64,000 bases of DNA. Source: an uncultured delta proteobacterium (lineage in GTDB: Bacteria; Myxococcota_A; Polyangia; Polyangiales; B10-G4). The notes beneath the pieces are model-generated. The model saw nothing but the letters and a program-made list of their open reading frames with translations, did no database searches and was not told where the DNA came from. Positions 18,921 to 28,874 of the stretch are shown in pieces (position 1 is the stretch's first letter; each line of letters starts with the position of its first letter). The stretch is taken from the NCBI GenBank assembly GCA_963727445.1, contig CAVSGI010000010.1, positions 1,056,001 through 1,120,000 on the forward strand, written 5' to 3'. The position numbers and the translations under genes are program-made.

Positions 18921-20114
18921 ATGCCCGCCACCTATTCGCTCAGTCGCCTCCTACATCCGATTACACCGGAGACATTCGAGGCCGAATACCGAGAGAAGAA
19001 GCCACTTCTGGTGAAGCGCGGTGAGCCGAATTACTACCGAGAGCTCCTGAACATGGACGTGGTCGACCGGGTGATCACCACCATGCACCCCAAGTACCCG
19101 GACGTGTTCCTGACGAACGCGGCGGCCGAGGAGATCAAGCCCGCGGAGTACACCTACCCCTCCGGCCTCATCGACGTCGCCCGCATCTACGGCCTCTTCT
19201 CCGAAGGGGGCACGATCGTGATGAGCAACCTGGAGCTGATGGTGGACTCCCTCGCGAACCTCTGCCGTTCGCTCGAGCGGGAGATGAGCGCGCGCTTTCA
19301 GGCGAACATCTATCTCACCCCGCACAACGCTCAGGGCTTCCGCCGGCACTACGACGCCCACGATGTCTTCGTGGTGCAGCTCGACGGCAGCAAGCTCTGG
19401 CGTGTCTACGACACCCCGGTGCAGCTCCCGCTTCCAGGCGAGCCCTTCGACCCCCGGGACTTCGACATCGACCCGAACGCCACGCCGACGATGGAGTTCG
19501 AGCTCGAGGCGGGCGACGTCTTCTATCTGCCGCGCGGGATCATGCACGACGCCATGAGCACCCAGAAGGCGAGCCTCCACATCACCGTCGGCACCTTCGG
19601 CCCGAGTTGGGTGCAGCTCCTCCTGGAAGCGGTGGCGAAGGTCGGTGTGAAGCACCCCGAGATGCGGCGCTCCTTGCCGATGGGCTTCGCGAAGCCCGGC
19701 TACGATTGCGCACAGGCGAAGAAGTTCTTCGATGAGCTCATGGCGACGGTCGCCGCAGAGGCGGACTTCGACGCGGCCCTGGACCACTTCGCCGACGACC
19801 TGGTGTCCAGTCGCCACTCGCTGCTCGTGGGGCAGCTCGACCAGGTGCTTCGCCTCCCCGAGCTCTCCCTCGACAGCGAGGTCGGCGCGCGGCCCAACCT
19901 CCTCTACCACCTTCGCACCGACGACGCGTTCGTCTACGTCTCCTGCTACGGCTCGAATCTCCGCATGCCGGTGCACGCCGCCGAGCCCCTCGCGTATGCC
20001 CTCACCACCGAGCGCTTCCGCGTCGGCGACCTCCCAGGCGACCTCGACGACGACGGCAAGCTGGTGTTGATCGAGCGCCTGATCCGCGATGGCTTGGTGC
20101 TGCAGCACGCCTGA
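18921..20114 (+). CDS. JmjC/Cupin_4 (RoxA/YcfD/NO66-like) Fe(II)/2-oxoglutarate oxygenase
   Basis: NIYLTP, HYDAHDVFVVQ..GSK.W and GDVFYLPRGIMHDA (HxD..H triad); SLHITVG; C-terminal winged-helix-like LIERLIRDGLV. TTGACA at 18886-18891. Confidence 0.88.
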   Translation: MPATYSLSRLLHPITPETFEAEYREKKPLLVKRGEPNYYRELLNMDVVDRVITTMHPKYPDVFLTNAAAEEIKPAEYTYPSGLIDVARIYGLFSEGGTIVMSNLELMVDSLANLCRSLEREMSARFQANIYLTPHNAQGFRRHYDAHDVFVVQLDGSKLWRVYDTPVQLPLPGEPFDPRDFDIDPNATPTMEFELEAGDVFYLPRGIMHDAMSTQKASLHITVGTFGPSWVQLLLEAVAKVGVKHPEMRRSLPMGFAKPGYDCAQAKKFFDELMATVAAEADFDAALDHFADDLVSSRHSLLVGQLDQVLRLPELSLDSEVGARPNLLYHLRTDDAFVYVSCYGSNLRMPVHAAEPLAYALTTERFRVGDLPGDLDDDGKLVLIERLIRDGLVLQHA

Positions 20115-20181
20115 TCGGCGCGACAGAGGGAAGACGCGGGCGGTCCTTTGACGTAGATCTGGGGCCGAGGAGGAGCTGCCG

Positions 20182-23100
20182 ATGCCGCGCTACGAGCTCG
20201 TCGAAGGGAAGTCGTCCAAGTTCTGGGAAGTCGAGGTCGAGGGGAAGGATCTCCACCTCGCCTGGGGCCGCATCGGAACGAACGGCCAGGAGAAGACGAA
20301 GAGCTTCGCCAGCAGCGCGGCCGCCGAAGCCGAACGCGACAAGCTGATCCAGCAGAAGACGAAGAAGGGATACTCGCTGGTCTCGGGGACAGAGACGAAG
20401 ACGGCAGCCGAGACGGAAACGGAGACGGAGACGGCAGCGGAGACGGAGACGACGGAAACGGCGACGGAAACGGACACGGCGACGGGAACGGAAACGGCGA
20501 CGGAAACGGCCAGGGCAACGGAGACAAGCGCCGTCGCGGGGCCGGAAGAAGAGGGCATCACCTTCTCCCCCGCCTGGCGTCGCCTCGTCCATCCGAGGCG
20601 CGGCCACCCGAGCGCTTCCTTCCTCGGTGCGACGCCGAGCGCGGAGGAGAGTTGGAAGAAGATTCACGCGAGCTGGGTGGGGCGGATGAGCGAGACCTGG
20701 ACGGCGCCCGAGCCGGAGCGACTCACGAAGGCGTTCGCGTTCCTCGCCGCACAGGAGCCTCCCACGCCGGAAGACGCCGCGGTGCAGGGGGTGGTGGGGC
20801 GTCTGCTCGGATTCAAGCGGGCCTACAACGACAAGCCGATCACGGCGCCGCTCGTCGACTTCTGGATGGCCACCAAGGGCCCCGCTTTCGCGACGCACGC
20901 CGCGTTCCGCACTCTCGAGATGCGCTACGGAAGTGGCACCGAGCTCCGCTCTCGCGCCGCGACGCCAGCCTCCAATCACTGGATCGAGTCCGCCCCCACC
21001 GTGTTCCCGCGTCTCCGCGCGCGGCTCGCCTCGGTGGACGACGCGCAGTACGCCGAGGCGCGCGAGGTCGCGGCGGGCTATCGGGCGCTGGGCGACGACG
21101 CGCGTGCCGCCGCCGCTTTCGTCTTTCCCACCGAGAAGGAGTGGGTCGACGCCTCCGTCGCCGAGCTCACGGGGAGCGGGCTCGACTTCGAGCGCAAGCT
21201 CGTGGTCTCCAGCCTGACGCGGGCCGATCAGCTCGAGCCGCTCTTCATCGGGCTGCGGGCCTTCATGATCGTCGGCCGCTGGCGGGGGCCGAATCAGCTC
21301 CCTTCGCTCTGCGAGGGCCTGGGCGAAGAGCTCACCCCCTTCGTCCTGCGCTGGCTCGGTGAGGAGTATCTCGACGCCGACACCACCAAGGAGCTCTACG
21401 AAGCGCTCGCGATCCTCCCGGGACAGACGCCTCTCGACGCCCTCCTCGATCGGCTGAGCGACAAGTACGTCCTGCCCATCGCGATGGAAGCGGTGCTCAA
21501 TCGACCCCGCCGGGCGACGCGCATGCTGAGCGCGCGCATCGCCGCGCGAGGCAAGAACGTCGACGGCGCGAAGCGGCTCCTGACCACGGTGATCGCGAAG
21601 ATGCCCGAGGTCGTCGACGCCGTACGCGGCGAGCTCCCGGAAGGACAACAGGCGGCCATCGCCGAGATCGAAGCCTCGCGCGTGCAGAAGCCGCCCGCCG
21701 ACGTCGACTCACTGCCCGAGATCCTCGTCGCGCCGCCGTGGAGCAAGAAGACGAAGCGACCGAAGCTTCCGGTGATCAAGGACGTCACCCCGCTTCGAGT
21801 TCCGTCGAAGATGAGCTGGGCGCCGGGCGAAAAGGAAAAGTGGCAGGCCTCGCATCGGGCCCCGGGTTACGCGACCAACGCCAGCGCTCAGGATTGGGAG
21901 ACCCATCTCTCGAAGCTCCGCGCCGGCACCCTGCCCATGTACTACCAGGAGATGCTCCTGGTCGGCGCCCCCGACGCGGTGGCGGCCGAAGCGGTGACGC
22001 ACTGGGTCCCCAAGGACCCCTGGTACATCGGCAACTTCTTCCGCGCGGCCATCGCGCGTCACGAGCTCGCGCTCTACTCCTCGGTCGCCTACTTCGTCCG
22101 GGAGCACTTGAAGGACGGCCTCGCCTACATCGGCCCGTTCGACATCCCGGAGCTCGCGCCTTACGTCGCCGACGCTTTCATCCGCCTCAAGTCCGCGCGC
22201 AACGACGCCATGACCTGGATGCTGCGCCATCCAGAGGCGACCGCGGTCGGTGTGATCCCCGAGGCGGTGGGCAGGGCCGGCAAGAAGCGCCGGGCAGGCG
22301 AGGCCGCGCTCCGCTTTCTGAAGTCCGAAGGGCACGAGGGGACGGTGCTGAAGATCGCCGCGGACTACGGCGACGAGGTGCGTGGGGCCGTGGAGCAGAT
22401 CCTCGCCATCGACCCCAAGGACGTCCTGCCCAAGAAGCTCCCGACGATGCCGTCGTTCTGGGAGCCGAGCGCCCTGCCCGCGCCGCTCCTCGCGGACCGC
22501 GAGCGCTCGCTCCCACCGTCGGCGATCGAGCACGTCGGGATCATGCTCGCCATGTCGAAGCCGGGCGAGGAGTACCCGGGGCTCGACGACGTGCTCGCGG
22601 TCTGCGATCGCGAATCGCTCGCGCGCTTCGCCTGGGCGGTCTTCGAAGCGTGGCAGGCCGCGGGCCATCCCGCGAAGGAAGGCTGGGCCTTCACCGCGCT
22701 CGCGATCTTCGGAGACGACGAGGTCGCGCGGCGCCTCACACCGCTGATTCGCCGGTGGCCCGGGGACGGCGGCCATGCGCGCGCGGTGACCGGTCTCGAC
22801 GTGCTGACCGCGATCGGCAGCGACGTCGCCCTGATGCACCTGCACGGCATCGCGCAGAAGGTGAAGTTCAAGGGCCTTCAGAAGAACGCGAAGGAGAAGA
22901 TCGCGATCATCGCCCAGGAGCGCAACCTGACGCCGGAGGAGCTCGCGGATCGCCTGGTGCCCGACCTCGGCCTCGAGGACGACGGATCGATGGTCCTCGA
23001 CTACGGCCCGCGCCAGTTCACGGTCGGTTTCGACGAGCACCTCAAGCCCTTCGTCCTCGCCGACGGCAAACCGCGCAAGAGCCTGCCCAAGCCTGGTGCC

Positions 23101-23880
23101 AAGGATGACCCGGAGAAGGCCCCCGCCGCCTACAAACGGTTCAGCGCGCTGAAGAAGGACGCGAAGACGGCGGCGAAGTCACAGATACTTCGTCTCGAGC
23201 TGGCCATGGTCGGCCAGCGGCGCTGGAGCGGCGCACAGCTTCGTCGCTTCTTCCTCGAGCACCCTCTGATGATCCACCTGAGCCGGCGCCTCTTGTGGGC
23301 GCGCTACGACGAGGCGGGCGCCGTGACCGAGACCTTCCGCGTCGCGGAGGACGGCTCCCTCGCCAGCGCCGAGGACGAGGAGATCAGCCTCGCCGACGAC
23401 GCACGGGTCGGCATCGTTCACTCCCTCGATCTCGGGGAGAGCGACGCCGGGAAATGGGGCGAGGTCTTCGGCGACTACGAGATCCTGCAGCCCTTCACCC
23501 AGCTCGGTCGCGAGACCTACGCCATCGAGGAGAGCGAGAAGAAGGAGCTCGCGCTCGCGCGCTTCCGCGGAAAGAAGGTCCCCACCCGCGCGGTGATCGG
23601 CCTCGAAGCGAGAGGTTGGCGGCGCGGGCCTCCGATGGACGGCGGCATCGTGGGCTGGATGCAGAAGCAGCTCCCGAACGGGGCCTGCGCCTGCTTGAAC
23701 CTCGACCCCGGCCTCTTCACCGGCTACCTCGACGAGGAGCCCGAGCAGACCCTCGACGACCTGACCGTCACGCGCTCCGCCCAGTCCTGGGACTCGCGCG
23801 GACAGACGCCGATGGGTGAGCTGTCGCCGGTGATCTTCTCCGAGCTTGTGCGGGACGTCACCCAGCTCAGCGAAGCTTGA
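20182..23880 (+). CDS. WGR-domain + DUF4132 protein (MolR/YehF-like)
   Basis: SSKFWEV..WGRIGTNGQ..KTKKGY WGR domain; C-terminal ELADRLVPDLGL, RLELAMVGQRRW and DYEILQPFTQLGR; GAGGAG RBS. Confidence 0.88.
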   Translation: MPRYELVEGKSSKFWEVEVEGKDLHLAWGRIGTNGQEKTKSFASSAAAEAERDKLIQQKTKKGYSLVSGTETKTAAETETETETAAETETTETATETDTATGTETATETARATETSAVAGPEEEGITFSPAWRRLVHPRRGHPSASFLGATPSAEESWKKIHASWVGRMSETWTAPEPERLTKAFAFLAAQEPPTPEDAAVQGVVGRLLGFKRAYNDKPITAPLVDFWMATKGPAFATHAAFRTLEMRYGSGTELRSRAATPASNHWIESAPTVFPRLRARLASVDDAQYAEAREVAAGYRALGDDARAAAAFVFPTEKEWVDASVAELTGSGLDFERKLVVSSLTRADQLEPLFIGLRAFMIVGRWRGPNQLPSLCEGLGEELTPFVLRWLGEEYLDADTTKELYEALAILPGQTPLDALLDRLSDKYVLPIAMEAVLNRPRRATRMLSARIAARGKNVDGAKRLLTTVIAKMPEVVDAVRGELPEGQQAAIAEIEASRVQKPPADVDSLPEILVAPPWSKKTKRPKLPVIKDVTPLRVPSKMSWAPGEKEKWQASHRAPGYATNASAQDWETHLSKLRAGTLPMYYQEMLLVGAPDAVAAEAVTHWVPKDPWYIGNFFRAAIARHELALYSSVAYFVREHLKDGLAYIGPFDIPELAPYVADAFIRLKSARNDAMTWMLRHPEATAVGVIPEAVGRAGKKRRAGEAALRFLKSEGHEGTVLKIAADYGDEVRGAVEQILAIDPKDVLPKKLPTMPSFWEPSALPAPLLADRERSLPPSAIEHVGIMLAMSKPGEEYPGLDDVLAVCDRESLARFAWAVFEAWQAAGHPAKEGWAFTALAIFGDDEVARRLTPLIRRWPGDGGHARAVTGLDVLTAIGSDVALMHLHGIAQKVKFKGLQKNAKEKIAIIAQERNLTPEELADRLVPDLGLEDDGSMVLDYGPRQFTVGFDEHLKPFVLADGKPRKSLPKPGAKDDPEKAPAAYKRFSALKKDAKTAAKSQILRLELAMVGQRRWSGAQLRRFFLEHPLMIHLSRRLLWARYDEAGAVTETFRVAEDGSLASAEDEEISLADDARVGIVHSLDLGESDAGKWGEVFGDYEILQPFTQLGRETYAIEESEKKELALARFRGKKVPTRAVIGLEARGWRRGPPMDGGIVGWMQKQLPNGACACLNLDPGLFTGYLDEEPEQTLDDLTVTRSAQSWDSRGQTPMGELSPVIFSELVRDVTQLSEA
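20389..20526 (+). repeat. Degenerate ACGG(A/C)(A/G) hexamer array encoding a Thr/Glu/Ala linker
   Basis: TETKTAAETETETETAAETETTETATETDTATGTETATETARATET between the WGR domain and the rest of the protein. Confidence 0.8.
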
Positions 23881-24883
23881 GGGCGGCGGCGAGCGCGTCC
23901 GGGCCCATGTTCGGCGCGCCCTGGCCCGCCGACTCGGCCTCGCGGATCCGTTCGACGATCCGCGCGTTCAGCGGCGCGCGCACGCCGCTCGCTTCGGCGA
24001 GGCGCACGATCGCCCCGTTGAGATAGTCCACCTCGGTCTTTCGGCCGCGCGTGAGGTCCTCCCACATGGAGGAGCGCGCCTCGGGATCCACCTTCATCTG
24101 GGCCGACAGGACCAGTCGCGCGATGGCGTCCGGCAACCGGAGAACGCGAGGCATCAAATAGACCGGCACACCCCTCAGCGGCGCGGGACGAATGCCCGCA
24201 GCGCGCAGGACGCAGAGGCCTTCGGCGATCACGTCCGCGACGATGCGGCGATACGCGCGCTTCGCGAGGAGCTCGCGGGTGGGCGCGCCAGAGAGCGCGC
24301 TGATCGAGTTGTTCAGGTTCACCAGGAGCTTCGTCCATTGATGAGGCACCAGGTCGTCGTGAACCTCCACGACCAGATCCCCCTTCTCGAGCGCCTTCAC
24401 CAGCGGCGCGAAAGATTCGTGCGCGTTCTTCTCGAGCGCGATCGCTCCATCCATACCGCGATGAAAGACGCCGCTGCCACGCGCGACGACGTTGAAGCCG
24501 ACGATGCCGGCCACCACCCGTTGTCGACCGAGCGCCTCACCGAGGAAGCGCGCGTTGTCGACGCCGTTCTGTAGGCTCACCACGAGCGTCGCCTCCGGCA
24601 GGAGCGCGGCGAGCTCGCGCGCGATCGCCTCCGTTTGTGCGCTCTTCACACAGACCAGCACCACCGCCGCGCGTCGCGCCTCTGCCGCGCTCTCGACGTA
24701 CCGCACCATGTCCGCTGGGATGACGGCGGGGGCCTGATCGAGGCCTTCGGCGCGAAGGCCGTGCGCCCGGATCTCCTCCCCGAAACGTGGCCGGCCGACC
24801 AGCGTCACCTCGGTGCCCCCATACATGAGGCGGCCACCCACGTAGCAACCGATCGAACCTGCTCCAAAAATGGCGACGTGCAC
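23867..24883 (-). CDS. panE: 2-dehydropantoate 2-reductase family protein
   Basis: GAGSIG, CVKS, SLQNG, WTKLLVN, SSMWED and TEVDYLNG motifs. Confidence 0.85.
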   Translation of the reverse strand: MHVAIFGAGSIGCYVGGRLMYGGTEVTLVGRPRFGEEIRAHGLRAEGLDQAPAVIPADMVRYVESAAEARRAAVVLVCVKSAQTEAIARELAALLPEATLVVSLQNGVDNARFLGEALGRQRVVAGIVGFNVVARGSGVFHRGMDGAIALEKNAHESFAPLVKALEKGDLVVEVHDDLVPHQWTKLLVNLNNSISALSGAPTRELLAKRAYRRIVADVIAEGLCVLRAAGIRPAPLRGVPVYLMPRVLRLPDAIARLVLSAQMKVDPEARSSMWEDLTRGRKTEVDYLNGAIVRLAEASGVRAPLNARIVERIREAESAGQGAPNMGPDALAAALKLR

Positions 24884-24990
24884 GAGTGCTCTCTTGGGCG
24901 TCGGGTGGGAGTATTGGGCGCCCGAGCCTCGAATTCATGAAAAAATCACGAAACCCCGAACGCTCGGCCCGCGATCGGGCACAGAGGGAT

Positions 24991-25584
24991 GTGACCGAGC
25001 CCGCACCATCGAACGTCGTGCCCTTTCGAGGGCGCCTCGAAGTGAACGAGGCGCTGCTCTCCGCCATCGCCCAGCGCGACCCCGAGGCGGTCGCGCGGGT
25101 CTACCGAGCGCACCACGCACGAGTGCGCGCCTTCGCCCGCCGGATGCTCGGTGACGAAGCGCTGTCGGAGGACGTGGTGCACGACGTCTTCGTCGCGCTC
25201 CCCGAGGCGATCCATCGCTTTCGTGGCGACGCGTCCCTGGGCACGCTCCTCATGTCGATCGCGGTCAATCTCTGCCGCCGCCACATCCGATCCAGCGAGC
25301 GCGGACGGCGCGCCGCGCAACGGATGCACGCGCGGAACGTCGTCGCGATGGTGGAGACGCCGGAAGCCGAAGCCCGGCGACGGCGCCTCGCGGCGGCGCT
25401 CACCCGGGGTCTCGAGACGCTCTGCATCGAACATCGCGAGGTCTTCATCCTCGCCGCGGTGGAAGAACGCACGAGCACCGAGGTCGCCGACATCCTCGAC
25501 GTGGCGCCTGGAACCGTGCGACGGCGCCTTCATCACGCGCGCGCCGAGCTGCGCAGCTTCTTCGAAGCCGAGGGGATCGAGTGA
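24991..25584 (+). CDS. ECF sigma-70 factor
   Basis: EDVVHDVF (region 2); REVFIL..EVADILDVAPGTVRRRLHHAR (region 4). Start GTG 24991; ATG 24937 is an alternative. Confidence 0.88.
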   Translation: MTEPAPSNVVPFRGRLEVNEALLSAIAQRDPEAVARVYRAHHARVRAFARRMLGDEALSEDVVHDVFVALPEAIHRFRGDASLGTLLMSIAVNLCRRHIRSSERGRRAAQRMHARNVVAMVETPEAEARRRRLAAALTRGLETLCIEHREVFILAAVEERTSTEVADILDVAPGTVRRRLHHARAELRSFFEAEGIE

Positions 25585-26558
25585 GCGACGACCTGCTCGA
25601 CGAGGCGACCCGTGCGCTGCGCGAGGAGATGGTCCCCGAGCCGGAGGGCGAGGAGACGCTCGCGGAGGTGCTCGACCATCTCGCCGAAGGGCGAGGCGCG
25701 ATCGTCGACGAGGCCGCGCGCGCACTTCGCGAACAGGACGACTCCGTGCGCACGAGCGACGCGAAAGCGGAACGGACGCTGAAGCGGATCCTGAGCTCTC
25801 TCGACGGTGATCGACCGCGCGAAGCGCCGGCGCCGCGCCGCCCGCCGCGATGGACAGCGCATGCCACGCGGTGGATGGCCGCGGCACTCGTGCTCCTGGC
25901 CATCGGCACCGGAGCACCGACGATCTGGGCATGGTGGAACGGGCGCCCACCCGCGTGGGCGGTGGCGATCGGGCTCGGGCGCCCGGCGGAGGAGGCGACC
26001 ACCCACGCGGCGCCGACGCGGAACCGCCCCGCGCCCCCGCCGGCGCACGAAGACACGCCCGTTCTTCAGCCGGCGCCTCTGCCCCTCCCTCAGCCGACGC
26101 CTTCGCCCGCCCCGGCGGTGGAGACACCCACGCCGACGAACGAGGGCGACCGCCGTCGCGCGGCCGTCCCGAGCACCTCGGACCGCGACGCGGTCGAAGG
26201 CGAAGTGACGGCCGTCGCGGCGACCAGCTCCGAAGGGGTCGCGGCGGCCGACGAGAGCGAAGCGCCCGACGACGCGGAGAGTCGTCGTTTCGAGAGCGCT
26301 CATCACACGCACTTCGGCGGCGGCAGCCCCGCGAACGCCCTCGCTGCCTGGGACGCCTACCTCGCGGAATACCCCCACGGGCGCTACGAGCCGGAGGCCC
26401 GATACAACCGCGGCCTCGCCCTCGTGCGGCTGGGCCGTCTCACCGAGGCGCGCGACGCCATCGCGCCCTTCGCCGAGGGACGTTACGGCGCCTACCGTCG
26501 CACCGAAGCCCGCGCGCTGGTCGACGCCCTCGAGACGAGGATTGGGGAGCAGCCGTGA
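25581..26558 (+). CDS. Putative anti-sigma factor (TM, Pro-rich linker, C-terminal TPR)
   Basis: Coupled to the sigma by a GTGA overlap; TM WMAAALVLLAIG; C-terminal AYLAEYPHGRYEPEARYNRGLAL. Confidence 0.7.
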   Translation: MSDDLLDEATRALREEMVPEPEGEETLAEVLDHLAEGRGAIVDEAARALREQDDSVRTSDAKAERTLKRILSSLDGDRPREAPAPRRPPRWTAHATRWMAAALVLLAIGTGAPTIWAWWNGRPPAWAVAIGLGRPAEEATTHAAPTRNRPAPPPAHEDTPVLQPAPLPLPQPTPSPAPAVETPTPTNEGDRRRAAVPSTSDRDAVEGEVTAVAATSSEGVAAADESEAPDDAESRRFESAHHTHFGGGSPANALAAWDAYLAEYPHGRYEPEARYNRGLALVRLGRLTEARDAIAPFAEGRYGAYRRTEARALVDALETRIGEQP

Positions 26559-27964
26559 GACACGCGCCTGCGCTCCTGGCCGCGGCCCTCGCGCTGGTCG
26601 CGACCACACCTGCCGCCGCGCAAGACGGGGAGGCGCCGCTGCTGGTGCTCGTGCGCGACGCGTCATCGCTCGATCCCGAAGCGCTCGCCCAGGGGCTCGA
26701 GGCAGACCTCGGGCGGCCGGTCGTGCTCGCCAGTCCGGAGGCCGAAGAGGGCGCGGCAGTGATCATCGACAGCACCAAGGACGGCGTGATCCATCTGGAG
26801 GTTCGCCGCGCTGGTCTCGAGGCCCTCGAACGCGACACGCCGATCACCGACCGCGCCCAGACCACCCTCAGCGTGAGCCTCCTTGTCGCGAATCTGGTTC
26901 GGGACGAATCGGTCGAGGTGCTGGCGATGATCCAGGCGGACGGCTCCCGGGCGACCGCCGGGGTGGAGGAGCCGGCGCCCGAAGCTGTGGAGGAGCCGGC
27001 GCCCGCGGAGCCGAATGAGCCGGCGCCCGCGGAGCCACCGGCACCGACACGCATCGCGGCTGGCGTGGATCTCTTTCCGCTCGTCGGCGTCTCGAGCGCC
27101 TACCTCGGCACCGAACGTCGCCACCTCTCCCTGGGCGCCGTGGGCGCGCTCAGCGGCGGGGTCGACGGGCTCGCGCTCTCGGGCGTCGTCGATCTCTCGC
27201 TCGGCAGCGTGCACGGCATCCAGCTCGCTGGCGTCCACGCCCAGAGCGGCGACCTCGAGGGCCTGCAGATCGGCGGCGTGAGCGCGATCGCCCTCGGCGC
27301 CGCCCAGGGCGTTCAACTCGGCGGCATCGCGGCCATCGCTACCGGCCCGATGGAAGGCCTTCAGCTCGCGCCGGTGAACGTGACCGCGGCGGAGGTCGTC
27401 GGTGCCCAGATCGGCCTCTTCAACATCGGTGGTCGGGTGCACGGCCTGCAGCTCGGGCTCTTCAACGTCGCCGAGGAAGCCGACGCGTCCGTCGGCCTGT
27501 TCAGCGTGCAGCGGCGCGGCAGCAATCATCTGCGCGCCGAGATCGACAGCAACGGTTTCTTCTCCGTCGCCTTCGTCAATCGCGGCGCCGTCACCTATGC
27601 GATCGTGAGCGCAGGGATCGAGCCCTTCATCGAAAAGCCCACCGGCTCCTTCGGCGTCGGCTTCGGCGCCCGCGCGACCCTCACGGACGCGCTCTATCTC
27701 GACTTCGAGGCCCTCGCCCACATTCTCTTCGATCGGGAGCTGGCCCAGGAGGGTCCGAGCTCGCTCTACGACGCGCGGATCCTCTTCGGTGCACGAATCA
27801 CACCGCAGCTCCTGGCGTACCTCGGCATCGGGATCCGAACGCACCTCGAGGTCGGAACGCGGTCGGGGCTCGGCGCGCCGATCATGATTCACGACGAGCC
27901 GACGGCGGGGAGCCCGCGCGCTCGGGTGTGGCCGACGATCACGGGGGGCGTCGAGCTCTTCTGA
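26555..27964 (+). CDS. Exported/outer-membrane protein with GxQ[LI]G repeats (LA_2272-like)
   Basis: Signal peptide ending AAAQ; EPAP repeats; GIQLAG/GLQIGG/GVQLGG/GLQLA/GAQIG/GLQLG repeats; terminal GVELF. Confidence 0.72.
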   Translation: MRHAPALLAAALALVATTPAAAQDGEAPLLVLVRDASSLDPEALAQGLEADLGRPVVLASPEAEEGAAVIIDSTKDGVIHLEVRRAGLEALERDTPITDRAQTTLSVSLLVANLVRDESVEVLAMIQADGSRATAGVEEPAPEAVEEPAPAEPNEPAPAEPPAPTRIAAGVDLFPLVGVSSAYLGTERRHLSLGAVGALSGGVDGLALSGVVDLSLGSVHGIQLAGVHAQSGDLEGLQIGGVSAIALGAAQGVQLGGIAAIATGPMEGLQLAPVNVTAAEVVGAQIGLFNIGGRVHGLQLGLFNVAEEADASVGLFSVQRRGSNHLRAEIDSNGFFSVAFVNRGAVTYAIVSAGIEPFIEKPTGSFGVGFGARATLTDALYLDFEALAHILFDRELAQEGPSSLYDARILFGARITPQLLAYLGIGIRTHLEVGTRSGLGAPIMIHDEPTAGSPRARVWPTITGGVELF

Positions 27965-28041
27965 CCACGGCGTCGACGAATGCTCCGCGCCGGGCGACCG
28001 GCGCGACGAATGGCCGCCTGTGCGCGGCGAAAGGATAGGAC

Positions 28042-28779
28042 ATGCTTCGACACTTCCTGATCGCTGTCACCCTCGTGGGCCTCGGGGCCGCGACCCTCGC
28101 CGGCTGCTCCCCCGACAGCCGGATCGTGCACCGAGAACAGCTCGAGCTCGGGGTGCTCGACGCCACCGCCCTCGAGCTGGTCGTCGGCGCGGGCTCCCTG
28201 GACGTGATCGGCGAGCCGGCGAGAGACCGCGTCCTGCTCGACGTGACGCTTCGTACCAACCGCGCCGTGATCACCGACGACGATCGTGCGCGCGAATCGC
28301 TCGACATCCAGCTGCAACAAACGGAGGCCGGCGAGCGCATCCTCAGCCACGTGCTCTTGGACGACGGTCCCGGCGGCTACTATGCGGACGTGGTCCTGCG
28401 CGTTCCGTCGGCGCTGGGGATCGACGCCGAGGACAGCTCCGGCGACATCATCATCGAAGACGTCGCCTGGCTCGCCCTCACCGATGACAGCGGAGACATC
28501 GAGGTCCGCCGCATCGCGGGCGGCGCGCAGATCACCGACGACTCGGGACAGATCGTCATCGACACGGTCGGCTCCGCGTCGATCGTCGACGGCTCGGGGG
28601 ACGTGGAGTGCTACGACGTCGAAGGCGACGTCGACGTCGTCGACGACTCCGGCGGCCTGCGTTTCGAGCGCGTCGGCGGCACCGTGCGCGTCCGCGATGG
28701 GAGCGGAGACGTGGTGGCGATCGACGTCGGCGACCTCGAGATGATCTCCGACGGGAGCGGGAACGTGGAGCGGAGGTGA
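28042..28779 (+). CDS. DUF4097-like beta-strand-repeat lipoprotein
   Basis: Lipobox LAGC; repeated D[DG]SGD[IV] motifs. Confidence 0.8.
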   Translation: MLRHFLIAVTLVGLGAATLAGCSPDSRIVHREQLELGVLDATALELVVGAGSLDVIGEPARDRVLLDVTLRTNRAVITDDDRARESLDIQLQQTEAGERILSHVLLDDGPGGYYADVVLRVPSALGIDAEDSSGDIIIEDVAWLALTDDSGDIEVRRIAGGAQITDDSGQIVIDTVGSASIVDGSGDVECYDVEGDVDVVDDSGGLRFERVGGTVRVRDGSGDVVAIDVGDLEMISDGSGNVERR

Positions 28780-28874
28780 CGCGAGCGGATGGGCGTACGG
28801 AACTTCGACGTATGTGCACGAATTCGCGCTCCCGGTACACGTTTGACCGAGTCGTGTATGCGTGACACGCCCCG

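Noticed and set aside
26963..27045. GAGCCGGCGCCCG repeats as a CRISPR or other DNA repeat element
   Set aside because: In-frame coding repeats for an EPAP linker; too short and without unique spacers.
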